Shown in pieces: positions 20,579 to 31,533 of a stretch of 64,000 nt of DNA. The notes beneath the pieces were generated by a model that ran no database searches, was not told the DNA's origin, and saw nothing but the letters and a program-made list of their open reading frames with translations. Position 1 is the first letter of the stretch, and each line of letters begins with the position of its first letter. Position numbers and translations under genes: made by a program. Origin of the DNA: a virus; IMG/VR virus record IMGVR_UViG_3300042296_000700, positions 43,128 through 107,127 of that record. The stretch is one strand, 5' to 3'.

Positions 20579-20911
20579 ATGTCTGATTTACAAAAGATTG
20601 ATATTCAACTTGATATTGCTTTAACTTTAAGGCTCGTGTTGGCATTGATGGGATTTATGGCTTTTTCACAAAACAGCATGATTATTCCAGGGTTTTTTGC
20701 ACTCGTCGCTGTCGGTTTTGTTCTTTTTCATATGCTTGTAGGTGTTTATGTTGAGCATAAGCACATGTATCTTGCCGCTATGTGTATGTGGGCTAGTGCG
20801 AGTGTCGCAACCGCTGTTCATGGAGAGGCGGTTTGGCTTACTGTTTTGTTTGCCTGTTTATATTTATACGAAATGTTGGTTCTCAATAAATGGGGTTACG
20901 TAAATGCCTGA
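20579..20911 (+). CDS. Membrane protein (about 4 TM)
   Basis: Hydrophobic segments; start placed at ATG 20579. Confidence 0.55.
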   Translation: MSDLQKIDIQLDIALTLRLVLALMGFMAFSQNSMIIPGFFALVAVGFVLFHMLVGVYVEHKHMYLAAMCMWASASVATAVHGEAVWLTVLFACLYLYEMLVLNKWGYVNA

Positions 20912-21233
20912 CATGACAAATATAGTTGTTGTCTGTGGTTCGCTTGCTACAGCAGCAATTTCTTCGTTCGTTGTTTTACGCGGGCAGAAGTTAGCAGCAA
21001 AAGTTGACTTCAAAGGTGTTGAGAACGAGCAAGTCAAAACAATTTTTGATGGCTACGGAAGTATTGTTGACGACCTACGGAATGAAGTTATGCGCCTCAA
21101 GGATGTGATTGAGGGACTACAATTAGAACAAGACGAATGTTTGAAAAAGAATAATGAACTTTTGGCTGAAGTTGAATTGTTGAAGCAACGCATTGACTAC
21201 TTGGAGGTCGGAAATGGAAGAGTCGCTGAGTGA
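20904..21233 (+). CDS. N-terminal TM plus coiled-coil protein (holin/lysis-accessory-like)
   Basis: One hydrophobic helix followed by heptad repeats. Confidence 0.5.
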   Translation: MPDMTNIVVVCGSLATAAISSFVVLRGQKLAAKVDFKGVENEQVKTIFDGYGSIVDDLRNEVMRLKDVIEGLQLEQDECLKKNNELLAEVELLKQRIDYLEVGNGRVAE

Positions 21234-21465
21234 AGAACAGATACTCCAAAATTTTACTGAGATGGTTAGGGACACGCTTCCTAGTCGGGTAGTGACTAAT
21301 TTTATTCTTATAGCCGAGGTTGTTGGTTCGTCTGCTAATGAATTGAGTATTGCGACTTCGGACGGTATGACGCCGTGGTTGGCTACTGGGATGCTCAGGG
21401 CTGGTATGGACATGATTGTTATGGGTACCGATGCTTTTAGCGATGACGAAGAATTGGATAGTTAA
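21214..21465 (+). CDS. Hypothetical protein
   Basis: GGAGG RBS before ATG 21214; TPWLATGML motif. Confidence 0.6.
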   Translation: MEESLSEEQILQNFTEMVRDTLPSRVVTNFILIAEVVGSSANELSIATSDGMTPWLATGMLRAGMDMIVMGTDAFSDDEELDS

Positions 21466-21550
21466 TAATTGTATTGATTTTTACTACGTTGATATGGGTA
21501 TGTTTACGCTGTTTTGTAGTCTAAAATCTAAATATTGAGTTCTTGGAGAA

Positions 21551-21928
21551 ATGATGATTGCAGGAAATTACAACATACTGTGCGAACAGGGAGTTAGTTT
21601 TGCGCGCGTCATAGCACTTGAGCAGCCAAGGACACCAACGGAACAGAACCCAGCAGAATATGAGCCTTACCCGCTTGCAAACCATACGGCACGGATGCAG
21701 GTCAGAAGGACGATTGAGTCAACAACTCCAATGATTTCGTTGACAACAGAGAACGGCAGAATCAACATAAATGGTGGCTCTGGTTTCATAACCATCACCC
21801 TTAGTGCTGCGGATACTGCAGCCCTCACTTCTAGTGGGGTTTACGACTTAGAAATTATTAGTTCCACAGGAGTCGTGTCAAGAGTTATCCAAGGAACATT
21901 TACTCTTTCCATGGAGGTAACGCGATGA
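21551..21928 (+). CDS. Virion beta-sandwich protein (LtfC/BppU-N-like)
   Basis: EQG.SF, ARMQVR, GVYDLEI, R.IQGTF. Confidence 0.7.
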   Translation: MMIAGNYNILCEQGVSFARVIALEQPRTPTEQNPAEYEPYPLANHTARMQVRRTIESTTPMISLTTENGRININGGSGFITITLSAADTAALTSSGVYDLEIISSTGVVSRVIQGTFTLSMEVTR

Positions 21929-22239
21929 GCAATACGATTCCAAACAATGTAAATGTTTATCAAGATACCCCAAACAAGGTAACCGTTGACCAAGATGCAC
22001 CAAACCTTGTTGTTGTTCGCTCTAATTCTGCTTCAGGTGCATTTACAAACAGATATGAGTTCACTCAGCAAGCAGCAGCGGCAACATGGGTGATAACTCA
22101 CTCGCTTGGAGGCAAACCAACCGTAACCATTGTGGACTCTGCAGATACACACGTATTTGGTGAGGTACAATACAATAGTACGACTCAGGTCACGGTGACG
22201 TTCTCTGCGGCATTCTCGGGAAAAGCATATCTCACTTAA
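21925..22239 (+). CDS. Small virion/fibre protein
   Basis: FTQ...ATWVITHSLG..P.VTIVDS motif, ends FSGKAYL. Confidence 0.65.
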   Translation: MSNTIPNNVNVYQDTPNKVTVDQDAPNLVVVRSNSASGAFTNRYEFTQQAAAATWVITHSLGGKPTVTIVDSADTHVFGEVQYNSTTQVTVTFSAAFSGKAYLT

Positions 22240-22251
22240 GGTAGAGGAAAA

Positions 22252-23547
22252 ATGGCTCAAAAATTTCTAACTAATATTGACCTTAATCAGAACCAACTGA
22301 TTAACGCCAAATTTGAGGCACTGGCTACCAACCCATCCTCAGGCAACTTTGAAGGTCGGATGTACTTCAATACCGCAACATTCACCCTTATGGTGTATGC
22401 AAATGCTGGCTGGAAGAAGTCGGTTCATTCTATTGTTTCGGGTGGCGGCGCAGGCATCGCTGAAGCCCTTACGGTTTCTGAGTCAAACGGTACAGTAACT
22501 CTCACCCTTAATGTTGCTGATACAGATAGTGCTGGTTTGCTGCCTGCCGCAATGTGGAACATGCTTACGGACGCAACTCCTGACGCTACTTCTTCCAAGT
22601 TGGTTAAAAGAGACGGAAGTGGGAACGCCAAAGTTGCCACACCAACTGACCCTGCCCATATTGCTACCAAGGGTTATGTTGATGCTGCCCGCCAAGGTCT
22701 TGATGTCAAGCAGTCGGTAAGAGTTGCTACAACGGCGGCAGTTAACCTCGCCGCTGACCTACAAACTGGCGATGTTATTGACGGTGTTACTTTGGCTGCT
22801 GGTGACCGCGTTCTTGTCAAGAATCAGGTATCAGGAAGCGAAAACGGCATTTATGTTGCTGTCGCTAGTGGTACTGCATTGCGTTCATCTGACGCTAACG
22901 GCACTGTTGATACGGGAGAACTAAAGCCTGGAACTTTCGCCTTTGTTGAAGAAGGTACTGTCAACTCGGATAAGGGCTTTGTTGTTTCCACAAACGGAGC
23001 AATCACTATTGACTCTACGGCTATTGCGTGGACACAGTTCTCTGGCGCTGGCTCGTTTGAGGCTGGAGATGGTCTTTCCCAGAGCGGAAATACAATCAAT
23101 GTCAACGTCACCTCAAACCGTACCGCGATTACTGCAGACGCTATTGATATTTCAGCCAACTATGTTGGTCAGACATCAATCACGACACTTGGAACAATTA
23201 CCACGGGTGTTTGGGATGGTACAGATGTAGCGGTTACTGCTGGTGGTACTAACTCATCCACAGCATCTGGCGCTCGTACAAACCTTGCCGCTGACGGCAC
23301 ACAGGGTGCTGGCGTATCCGTTCCTGTTTTGGCACGAGTTGTTGCAAAAGTAATCGGAGACGGCTCAGCAACATCATTTGGTGTCCAGCACGGTTTTGCC
23401 ACTCGTGATGTTCTCGTTCAAGTTTACGACGCAGCCACCTACGACACCGTAATTTGCGATGTAGTACGAACCGATACAAATAACGTCACGGTGACGTTCT
23501 CTGTTGCTCCAACACTGAACAGTTACCGCGTAGTAATCACAGGATAA
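22252..23547 (+). CDS. Fibre/decoration protein
   Basis: ATKGYVD, GLDVKQSVRVATT, GDRVLVKNQ, ENGIYV fibre motifs. Confidence 0.75.
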   Translation: MAQKFLTNIDLNQNQLINAKFEALATNPSSGNFEGRMYFNTATFTLMVYANAGWKKSVHSIVSGGGAGIAEALTVSESNGTVTLTLNVADTDSAGLLPAAMWNMLTDATPDATSSKLVKRDGSGNAKVATPTDPAHIATKGYVDAARQGLDVKQSVRVATTAAVNLAADLQTGDVIDGVTLAAGDRVLVKNQVSGSENGIYVAVASGTALRSSDANGTVDTGELKPGTFAFVEEGTVNSDKGFVVSTNGAITIDSTAIAWTQFSGAGSFEAGDGLSQSGNTINVNVTSNRTAITADAIDISANYVGQTSITTLGTITTGVWDGTDVAVTAGGTNSSTASGARTNLAADGTQGAGVSVPVLARVVAKVIGDGSATSFGVQHGFATRDVLVQVYDAATYDTVICDVVRTDTNNVTVTFSVAPTLNSYRVVITG

Positions 23548-23555
23548 GAGGAAAT

Positions 23556-23750
23556 ATGAAACTTACAGAACAACACAAATCAATGCTTGCATCGTATGCT
23601 CGCACAGCAATCTCTGCTGGTATCGCCGTCTACTTGGCTGGCAATCATGACGCTAAAGCGATTGGTGCTGCTGCTTTTGCAGCCGTATCTGGTCCGTTAA
23701 TGCGCTGGTTAAATCCAAACGACAAGGCTTTCGGGCGAGGCGCAGCCTAA
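23556..23750 (+). CDS. Holin-like small membrane protein
   Basis: 64 aa, two hydrophobic helices, P.MRWLNP.D.AFG C-terminus seen in actinophage holin-like genes. Confidence 0.6.
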   Translation: MKLTEQHKSMLASYARTAISAGIAVYLAGNHDAKAIGAAAFAAVSGPLMRWLNPNDKAFGRGAA

Positions 23751-23801
23751 TCACAATTTGACCTCGCGGGGTCAGCATCAACATAGGAAGCGATTGAGGT
23801 C

Positions 23802-26800
23802 GTGACAAGATTTTTGGGAACACCCCTCAAGGGGGAAGGTTTTAGTTCATCTAGCGACGAGGCTTTTTCAGCCAAGGTCGCTGCTGATACGCAACCAAGA
23901 ATACGTATTGATGCTGGCGGAAGAATTACGTGGGGTGGCGGGTCTGCCGCTGGCGATGTTTATGTGTATCGCTATGGCGCGGACATCATTAAGTTTGTTG
24001 GCAATGTTGCTGTTGACGCATTGTTTGTTGATGGTATTGAAGTTGATACTACTGGTGCCACTCTTGACCAAGTGCTCAAATACAACGGCACTAAATTTGC
24101 TCCTGGTACGAACGTTGCGACAGTTGCTTCTATTGACGCTATTGGTGATGTTGTTATTACATCTCCACTTCAATTCCAAGGATTGATGTATGACGGAACC
24201 AACTGGGTAAACAGCAACATCCCAAATGTATACCTTGTCAGGAATAATACTGGCTCAACCATACTCAAAGGAACCTTGGTTGGTGCTGTTGACGCAGAAC
24301 CTAGCGGAAGAATAGATGTTGCACCGTTTCAAGTAACAGGAACAGAAAACTCAGAACTTCGTGCGATGGGCATTGCTACAAGCAATATATCTAGCGGCGT
24401 TAACGGCGAAGTGATGAATTTTGGAACTCTAACTGGTCTTGACACAAGAGGAAGCACCGCCAGTGCACTTGCGGTTGGTGACGAGACTTGGGCTGCTGGT
24501 GACATCCTTTTTGCCCACCCAACCGTTGATGGAAAACTCACAAATGTAAGACCACAACATGACCTTGCTGTTGCATTCATTACCGTTCGTCATGCTTCCA
24601 CTGGTCAAATTGCAATAAGAATTATTCCTGGCAACAACCACCTTGAGTGGATGCACGATGTTTCACTTGTTGATAAAACATCAGGAGACTTCCTTAAGTA
24701 CAACGGAACTCTTTGGGTTAATGATGCAATTGACCTCGGTACAGACACGACAGGTAACTACATGTCGGGCATCTCTGGAACAAGCCCTGTATCTGTGGCG
24801 CATACTGCTGGCGAAGGTTCATCGGCTACCGTTTCTTTGGCGGCTAGTTATGGCGATACTCAGAACCCATATGCATCCAAGACTGCCAACTATGTTTTAG
24901 CAGCCCCTGATGGCACCTCTGGCGTTCCTACATTTAGAGCAATTGTTGCTGCCGACATCCCGACTCTCAACCAAAACACAACTGGCACCGCCGCCACTGT
25001 TACTGGAGCGGCTCAAACAGCAATTACTTCTGTAGGTACTCTTAGTTCTTTGGCGGTCACTGGTGGCGTGACAGCAGCGAGCCTAACTCTCTCTGGAAAT
25101 CTTATAGTCAATGGCTCTACTACGACTGTCAACTCAACTGTCACCACGATTGACGACCCTGTAATTACTCTTGGTGGTGACACTGCTCCAAGTTCCGACG
25201 ACAATAAAGACCGCGGTATTGAGTTTAGATACCACAATGGTGCAGCAGCAAAAATAGGTTTCTTTGGTTACGACGACTCTACTGGTCGTTTCGTAATGAT
25301 TCCCGACGCAACGAATACGAGCGAAGTTTTTGCTGGAACAGTTGGTGACATTCAGGCTGGAACTTTTTTTGGTGACCTTTCTGGTACTGCCACAAACATT
25401 ACTGCTTCATCTAATACTTCTTTAACATCGTTATCCAACTTAACGACTGTGGGCACGCTTGGGTCACTTATAGTAAGTGGGGCTACTGCTGGTGACCTTG
25501 TTCGTATTACCCAGACTGGTGCTGGTAATGCTTTTGTTGTTGAGGATTCAACAAACCCTGACTCCACACCTTTTGTTATTAGTGCAAACGGAAATGTTGG
25601 TATTGGCACAACCTCACTCACAATTTCAAATCTTGCGATTGCAAGACCTATAACGGGAGGCACAACTGCTTACGGGGTTGTTAGCACTGGAGCGATTCAG
25701 TCGGATGTAACCACGCAGGCTAACGGTTTTATTTCTTCAATAAATACCACAACAGCAGCGTTCACTCTTAGTAATCTTAATCACTTTGCTGTTTCTGGTG
25801 TTACAACTCCTGGTGCTGGTTCAACAATTACAAACCAGTACGGTTATCTCGTAACTTCACAACTTACTGGTGGAACAAACAACTATGCGTTTGCCAGCAA
25901 CGTTGCTGCTGCTACTGGTCGCTGGAACCTATACATGGGCGGTACAGCCCAAAACTATATGGCTGGCGGTTTAGGGATTGGCACCCCAACCCCTGCCTCT
26001 ATGCTCCATGTTGCGGGCGGCGCATTGGGGGGTACCGCAGGTAACGAACTTATTGTTTCGCAAATTCGTTCAACGAACGCAAACCAAGACATTGTTTATA
26101 CAAAATATAGGCGTGTATCTACTGGTGCTGACTGGACTACTGCACAGGCTAAAATCCAAAGAACCATTGATGCAACCGATATGGGTTATATCGCATTTGG
26201 TGGAACCTCAGCACTTGATGTTCGTATCGGTTCAGGCACTACAGACATGGCAGTATTTGCATCTACTGGTGTTGATATTGTGGGCAACGTCTCCCTAACA
26301 GGGTCAGTTATTTTTGAAGGTGCAACTGCTAACAACTTTGAGACAACTGTCTCGGTTACTGACCCGACTGCCGATAGAACAATCACTTTCCCCGATGCCA
26401 CAGGAACCGTGGCGGTCAGTGGACAGAACGTATCGTTCAACGACGTAACCGTTGCGGGTAACCTGAACGTCACTGGTAGTACTTTCGGTAGTGCAACACT
26501 TGACGTTGATAACTTCAAAATTACCCTCAACGCCTCTGTTGCAGGAGCCCCAACTCTTAACGGTGAAATTGAAGTCAACCGTGGCACCTCAACTGATGTC
26601 CGTATCCGTTGGAATGAAGTCTCCGACCTCTGGGAATACACAAACGACGGCACCAACTATTCACGTATTGGTTCCGCCCTAATGACGGTTTCAGACACCC
26701 CGCCATCAAGCCCATACACAGGCGACCTATGGTTTGAATCAGACAGTGGTATTACTTTTGTTCGCTACGACAGTCATTGGATTGAAATTGGTGCATCAGG

Positions 26801-27128
26801 AATTGGTGCAGTTACCTCAGATACCGCCCCATCCAGCCCTGCCAATGGACAAATTTGGTTTGAATCTGACACAAACCAACTAAAGATTTATTATTCGGGA
26901 ACTTGGATTCAAGTCGGTGGCTCAGATGCCGTTAACGTTATTAACGCAATTAACGCTAAAGGCGACCTTGTCGTCGGAACCGCAAATGACACGGTGACAA
27001 GACTTGGTGCTGGCGCTAATGGTTCAGTGTTATCTGCCAACTCGTCCACGGCATCTGGTCTAGAGTGGGTTTCACGTGCAGCCATCGTTGACGACTTTGC
27101 TGTGGCGAGTATAATGGGTGCTTACTGA
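23802..27128 (+). CDS. Large mosaic tail fibre / receptor-binding protein
   Basis: LKYNGT.W repeats, GNVGIGT, DPTADRTITFPDATG, GDLWFESD modules. Confidence 0.75.
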   Translation: MTRFLGTPLKGEGFSSSSDEAFSAKVAADTQPRIRIDAGGRITWGGGSAAGDVYVYRYGADIIKFVGNVAVDALFVDGIEVDTTGATLDQVLKYNGTKFAPGTNVATVASIDAIGDVVITSPLQFQGLMYDGTNWVNSNIPNVYLVRNNTGSTILKGTLVGAVDAEPSGRIDVAPFQVTGTENSELRAMGIATSNISSGVNGEVMNFGTLTGLDTRGSTASALAVGDETWAAGDILFAHPTVDGKLTNVRPQHDLAVAFITVRHASTGQIAIRIIPGNNHLEWMHDVSLVDKTSGDFLKYNGTLWVNDAIDLGTDTTGNYMSGISGTSPVSVAHTAGEGSSATVSLAASYGDTQNPYASKTANYVLAAPDGTSGVPTFRAIVAADIPTLNQNTTGTAATVTGAAQTAITSVGTLSSLAVTGGVTAASLTLSGNLIVNGSTTTVNSTVTTIDDPVITLGGDTAPSSDDNKDRGIEFRYHNGAAAKIGFFGYDDSTGRFVMIPDATNTSEVFAGTVGDIQAGTFFGDLSGTATNITASSNTSLTSLSNLTTVGTLGSLIVSGATAGDLVRITQTGAGNAFVVEDSTNPDSTPFVISANGNVGIGTTSLTISNLAIARPITGGTTAYGVVSTGAIQSDVTTQANGFISSINTTTAAFTLSNLNHFAVSGVTTPGAGSTITNQYGYLVTSQLTGGTNNYAFASNVAAATGRWNLYMGGTAQNYMAGGLGIGTPTPASMLHVAGGALGGTAGNELIVSQIRSTNANQDIVYTKYRRVSTGADWTTAQAKIQRTIDATDMGYIAFGGTSALDVRIGSGTTDMAVFASTGVDIVGNVSLTGSVIFEGATANNFETTVSVTDPTADRTITFPDATGTVAVSGQNVSFNDVTVAGNLNVTGSTFGSATLDVDNFKITLNASVAGAPTLNGEIEVNRGTSTDVRIRWNEVSDLWEYTNDGTNYSRIGSALMTVSDTPPSSPYTGDLWFESDSGITFVRYDSHWIEIGASGIGAVTSDTAPSSPANGQIWFESDTNQLKIYYSGTWIQVGGSDAVNVINAINAKGDLVVGTANDTVTRLGAGANGSVLSANSSTASGLEWVSRAAIVDDFAVASIMGAY

Positions 27129-27147
27129 GATGATTGAGGTTGACTAA

Positions 27148-27453
27148 ATGGCTAATACAGCAAAAGTTCTTTTTAGAGGGGCTGCGACAACTAATACAAA
27201 CACTACTTTGTATACGGTTCCTGCCTCAACGTCTACGGTTATAACGAATATTGTTGTTACTAATACGACATCAAGCCCAGCAACATTCACTTTTTCCCTA
27301 AACGGCGTAGTCATTGCACCCACTGTCGCAATTAGTGGCTTCTCAATGACGTCACTGGATATCAAACAAGTTATAGCAACCACGCAAACACTTACTGGTG
27401 GAGCATCAGCAGCAACAGTCAACTTTCACGTTAGCGGAATGGAAATCGCGTAA
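27148..27453 (+). CDS. Small virion beta-sandwich protein
   Basis: TTLYTVPAST.TVITNIVVTN, VNFHVSGMEI. Confidence 0.65.
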   Translation: MANTAKVLFRGAATTNTNTTLYTVPASTSTVITNIVVTNTTSSPATFTFSLNGVVIAPTVAISGFSMTSLDIKQVIATTQTLTGGASAATVNFHVSGMEIA

Positions 27454-30209
27454 TGGGTATTCAACAGTTCCCTATTGGTGATACAACGATTGAAGCAAAC
27501 GAACTTCTTTACGACCCAGTAAACAAGTTGCGTGTTTCAATGCCGCAGTCACTTATTGACACCGACTTTGAGTACGGTACACAGATTTCTAAGTGGGAAA
27601 ACCTTACAATGACGGACAACCGTCCGTTTGTTTACAACGCACAAACACAATTGGGCGGCATTACAGCAATATCTTTACCCAACCTTTCGCGCACAGTAAC
27701 GGTAAGCACCTCATCTACACCAGCAGTCGGAACGCCAATTTCTGTTACAGATACTCATTTGTCTATTGCTAACGGAAACTTTATTGTTGAATCAATTTCT
27801 TCTGGAGTGTCATTCACATATACTGCGCGTGCAGAAAACACGACAACAGTAACTTCTATCTATGACACAAACAAAACACAGATTTTTCAAGGCGCATTTT
27901 ACACTGGCGCAGCAATCGGTGCTGCTCCTACTGTCACCTATTCTGGAACAAAAGTAACTGTAACAACAACAGTTCCTCACGGTCTTTCTATCGGCAACGA
28001 AATAGCACTCACTGGCATCACGACCTCTGGAGCCAACCCACCAAACGGAGCACACTTTGTCGCAGGTGTTTCCAGTGCGACAGTATTCTTTTATTATGTC
28101 CCAACTGCACCGACTGGAACATTGACCGCAACTTCTGCACTCTGTTATGCTCGCCCACAAGGGCAGTTTTTGCATCGTCCGTTTGATGGTGGAGTAATTT
28201 TTTCCAGCAACTCAACATCAAATCATCAGACAGCAATCCGTCAAACACGACGTTACTTCCGATACCAGTCTGGTAAAGGTATTCAGATGAGTTCAGGAAC
28301 ACTCATCAAACCATCGCTACAACTAGAATCATTGACCTCATCAGGCACTTTGGTTACTGTTCAAACAAAAGAGAAGCACAACCTTCAACCTGGTTCAACT
28401 ATTGAAGTATTCGGCGCAAACGAGACTGCCTACAACGGCAACTTTACGGTCTACACCGTTACTGGTTATAACACATTTACATATACGGCATTAAGTGTCC
28501 CATCATCAGCAACAGCATCAGGTCTTTACTACGCAAACATTAGCGAATGGTACGGTTGCGCAAACCGCATTGGTTTGTTTGATAATCAGAACGGGATGTT
28601 CTTTGAACATGATGGTCAAGAACTAACAGCAGTTCTCAGAAATTCCACGTATCAGATATCAGGGCGCGTAAGTGTCACGAACGGTTCTCCAAGCGTCACC
28701 CAAACAAACGCATCATTCCCAACACGCTTTGCTAAGCAACTAGACATCGGCGACCACATAGTCATCCGAGGACAGTCATACCGCATCATTGACATTGCGA
28801 GCGATACATCGTTAACAATTAGTCCTGCATATCGTGGAATAACATCCACAATGGTTATTGCTTCAAAAACGGTTGATACACACTATAAGCAATCAGAGTG
28901 GAACATTGACAAAATGGACGGCACGGGTCCTTCTGGATACAACGCCAACTTTACAAAAATGCAAATGTTCTACATTGACTATTCATGGTATGGCGCTGGT
29001 GCAGTTCGCTTTGGCATGCGTGGAACTGATGGTGAAATTAAATATTGTCACAAGTTAGTCAACAACAACGTTAACTCAGAAGCGTACATGCGTTCAGGAA
29101 ACCTTCCAGCACGCTACGAGTCAATAACTCAACCTCCATATACAAAACTTTCAGCAACGCTATCAAACGTGGGAACTACCGCGTCTGTTGTTTCAACATA
29201 TGGTTTCCCTGCAGCAGGAACACTACTTGTATCAAACAACCTTTCTGGCTACGAATTTGTGAACTACACAGGAAAAACTTCAACGTCTTTCACTGGTCTC
29301 ACTCGGGCACAAACAGGCGTAGCATCACTTGCTACGACCGTAGCGTCTGGTTCAAACGTTCTTACTGTTTCTTCTACGGCTGGTATTCAGGTTGGGCAGC
29401 GTGTGTTTGGAATAGGTAGTCCTGATGTTCCAGAAAACACATTTGTTTCATCAATTACCTCTGGAACTGTGCTTGCTTTAAGTCAGGCAGTAACAGCAAC
29501 TAACCCAACACTATTATTCGCACCGATGAATGATGGCACAGCAAAAACTTTCACATATTCTGCGACCAACCCGATTGGTGTTGAACTTGCTTGGCCGACA
29601 TATGCGCCAACTATCTCTCACTGGGGTACTTCGGCAATCATGGATGGTCGTTACGACGACGATAAATCTTTGTTGTTCACGTACGGTCAGGTAACAAGTA
29701 CGGCTGTTGCTTCTGGTGCAACGAACTGTTTACTTGCGATTCGTGTAGCACCTTCGGTTGATAATGGTACTTCTGGTGCTTTTGGTAGTCGCGAACTTGT
29801 CAACCGTATGCAGTTGATTTTGCGTGCGCTTGATATCACAACAACTACAGCAAACTCAAACCTGCTTATTACGGCTGTTCTTAACGGCACACCAAGCGCA
29901 GCCGCTACATGGATTTCACCTGCGACAGTCACTTCAAGTCTTGCTCAAGTCGCAGACTACAGCGGTACAGTCAGGACTATCTCTGGTGGCGAAACAACAG
30001 GTGGTTTCTTCGTAGGTACAGGCGCCAACTCTATTGACCTTACGACAGTACGAGACCTCGGTAACTCTATTCTTGGTGGCGGAACAACGACCACTAATAC
30101 TGGCATCTACCCTGACGGTCCAGACACGCTACATATTATGGTACGTAACCTTGGTTCCTTATCAGCAAACGTGTTCTCACGTCTTTCATGGACGGAAGCG
30201 CAGGCATAA
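27453..30209 (+). CDS. Large virion protein with FCCH-like domains
   Basis: DPVNKLRVS.PQSLIDTDFEYG, RQTRRYFRYQSGKG, HGLSIG/HNLQPG modules. Confidence 0.7.
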   Translation: MGIQQFPIGDTTIEANELLYDPVNKLRVSMPQSLIDTDFEYGTQISKWENLTMTDNRPFVYNAQTQLGGITAISLPNLSRTVTVSTSSTPAVGTPISVTDTHLSIANGNFIVESISSGVSFTYTARAENTTTVTSIYDTNKTQIFQGAFYTGAAIGAAPTVTYSGTKVTVTTTVPHGLSIGNEIALTGITTSGANPPNGAHFVAGVSSATVFFYYVPTAPTGTLTATSALCYARPQGQFLHRPFDGGVIFSSNSTSNHQTAIRQTRRYFRYQSGKGIQMSSGTLIKPSLQLESLTSSGTLVTVQTKEKHNLQPGSTIEVFGANETAYNGNFTVYTVTGYNTFTYTALSVPSSATASGLYYANISEWYGCANRIGLFDNQNGMFFEHDGQELTAVLRNSTYQISGRVSVTNGSPSVTQTNASFPTRFAKQLDIGDHIVIRGQSYRIIDIASDTSLTISPAYRGITSTMVIASKTVDTHYKQSEWNIDKMDGTGPSGYNANFTKMQMFYIDYSWYGAGAVRFGMRGTDGEIKYCHKLVNNNVNSEAYMRSGNLPARYESITQPPYTKLSATLSNVGTTASVVSTYGFPAAGTLLVSNNLSGYEFVNYTGKTSTSFTGLTRAQTGVASLATTVASGSNVLTVSSTAGIQVGQRVFGIGSPDVPENTFVSSITSGTVLALSQAVTATNPTLLFAPMNDGTAKTFTYSATNPIGVELAWPTYAPTISHWGTSAIMDGRYDDDKSLLFTYGQVTSTAVASGATNCLLAIRVAPSVDNGTSGAFGSRELVNRMQLILRALDITTTTANSNLLITAVLNGTPSAAATWISPATVTSSLAQVADYSGTVRTISGGETTGGFFVGTGANSIDLTTVRDLGNSILGGGTTTTNTGIYPDGPDTLHIMVRNLGSLSANVFSRLSWTEAQA

Positions 30210-30211
30210 CA

Positions 30212-30466
30212 ATGGCTATTGACTTCCCTAACTCCCCAGCAACCAACGATACCTTCTCTGATTCTGGTAAAACTTGGAAGTACAACGGATATGCATGGTT
30301 GTTGCAAACCATTCCTACTGCTCTCGCGAATGGTTCTATTTCTTTAGCGCAGATTGCACAAGGTGGGGCAACTGCAGGGCAGGCTCTAGTGTGGAGTGGT
30401 TCTGTTTGGGCTCCGAATGATGCGTTGCGCGACAATCTTATCAAGTTCTACATGGAGGTCATCTGA
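30212..30466 (+). CDS. Small virion protein
   Basis: MAIDFPNSP..ND, TWKYNG.AW motif. Confidence 0.6.
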   Translation: MAIDFPNSPATNDTFSDSGKTWKYNGYAWLLQTIPTALANGSISLAQIAQGGATAGQALVWSGSVWAPNDALRDNLIKFYMEVI

Positions 30467-30825
30467 TGGCTGTAACACAAAAACGTCTTGCTGGTCCTGC
30501 CCAGTTGACTGCAACAACCGCTGTCTATTACACGACACCAATCAGCACTACCACGATTGTCAAACAAATTATTCTAACGAACACTACTTCGTCAGCAAAA
30601 ACTGTGACTGTTCGTTTGAAACCCCTTGGTGTGGCTGAGGCTGCCACACACGACATTATTAGCGGTATGACTATCAACGCTAACGAAACTATGGCTTTCA
30701 ACTGTTCGCTAGTTCTCAACAACAATGGTTCTACAGCAAACGCAACTAACAGCGACCAGTTGACAGCATTGTGTAGTTCGGCAACGTCAGTCAATATTAC
30801 GATTGTAGGTATTCAAGAGGCATAA
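30466..30825 (+). CDS. Small virion beta-sandwich protein (paralog-like to 27148)
   Basis: YTTP..TTTIVKQIILTNTT motif. Confidence 0.65.
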   Translation: MAVTQKRLAGPAQLTATTAVYYTTPISTTTIVKQIILTNTTSSAKTVTVRLKPLGVAEAATHDIISGMTINANETMAFNCSLVLNNNGSTANATNSDQLTALCSSATSVNITIVGIQEA

Positions 30826-31532
30826 TGGCTGGCATGGTTCGCTACCCGGCGTTGAACGCCATGGCGTCATTTATTGATGCCCCTGACTCCGTCTATGGCA
30901 CTGGCAATGACGGTTCTGTAACCATGGACGGAAGTACTATCGTTATCGGTATTACGCCCTCTTCAAATGTTTATACGATGGCTCGCGACACATATTTCTA
31001 TAATCTGACCATTAGTTCGGGTGTGCGTTTAAACCCAAATGGTTATCGTGTTTTTGTAAAGAATCAGTTAATACTCGGTAGCAGCGCAATGATTGGTTAT
31101 ACGACAGGTTTTGCTTCTGCTGGTTCTATCCAACAGGGTGGGGCAGCAAGCACTCCAGTTACTCATAGTCTTGGAGGTGCGTCGCAAACACAAACTGCCA
31201 CATTGCCAATCGCTTCGCTTGGCGGCTCGCAATACTTTCAACAGCCGTTGCAGGCAATAGATGGTTTTTCTGTTACCGCATCTGGCGGACCAACATTTTT
31301 ACGCGGTGGCGCTGGAGGAGTAGGTCAGGCTGGTGGAGGGGTAGTAATTCTTGCTGCCCGCTACATCTCTGGACCGACATCTGGGAGCGCAACAATTTCT
31401 GCTAAAGCAACATCTCCTGCTGGTGGTGGAGTGATTCTTCTTGTTTCATCTGGCGCAACATTGCCTACGACTGTAACAACAGACGTGACTGGTTATGCCT
31501 CTGGGATATTCTACTATATGCAGTTGGTATAA
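30825..31532 (+). CDS. Gly-rich virion protein
   Basis: DSVYG.G.DG, NGYRVFV, GGGVVIL motifs; paralogous to part of the next gene. Confidence 0.65.
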   Translation: MAGMVRYPALNAMASFIDAPDSVYGTGNDGSVTMDGSTIVIGITPSSNVYTMARDTYFYNLTISSGVRLNPNGYRVFVKNQLILGSSAMIGYTTGFASAGSIQQGGAASTPVTHSLGGASQTQTATLPIASLGGSQYFQQPLQAIDGFSVTASGGPTFLRGGAGGVGQAGGGVVILAARYISGPTSGSATISAKATSPAGGGVILLVSSGATLPTTVTTDVTGYASGIFYYMQLV

Positions 31533-31533
31533 A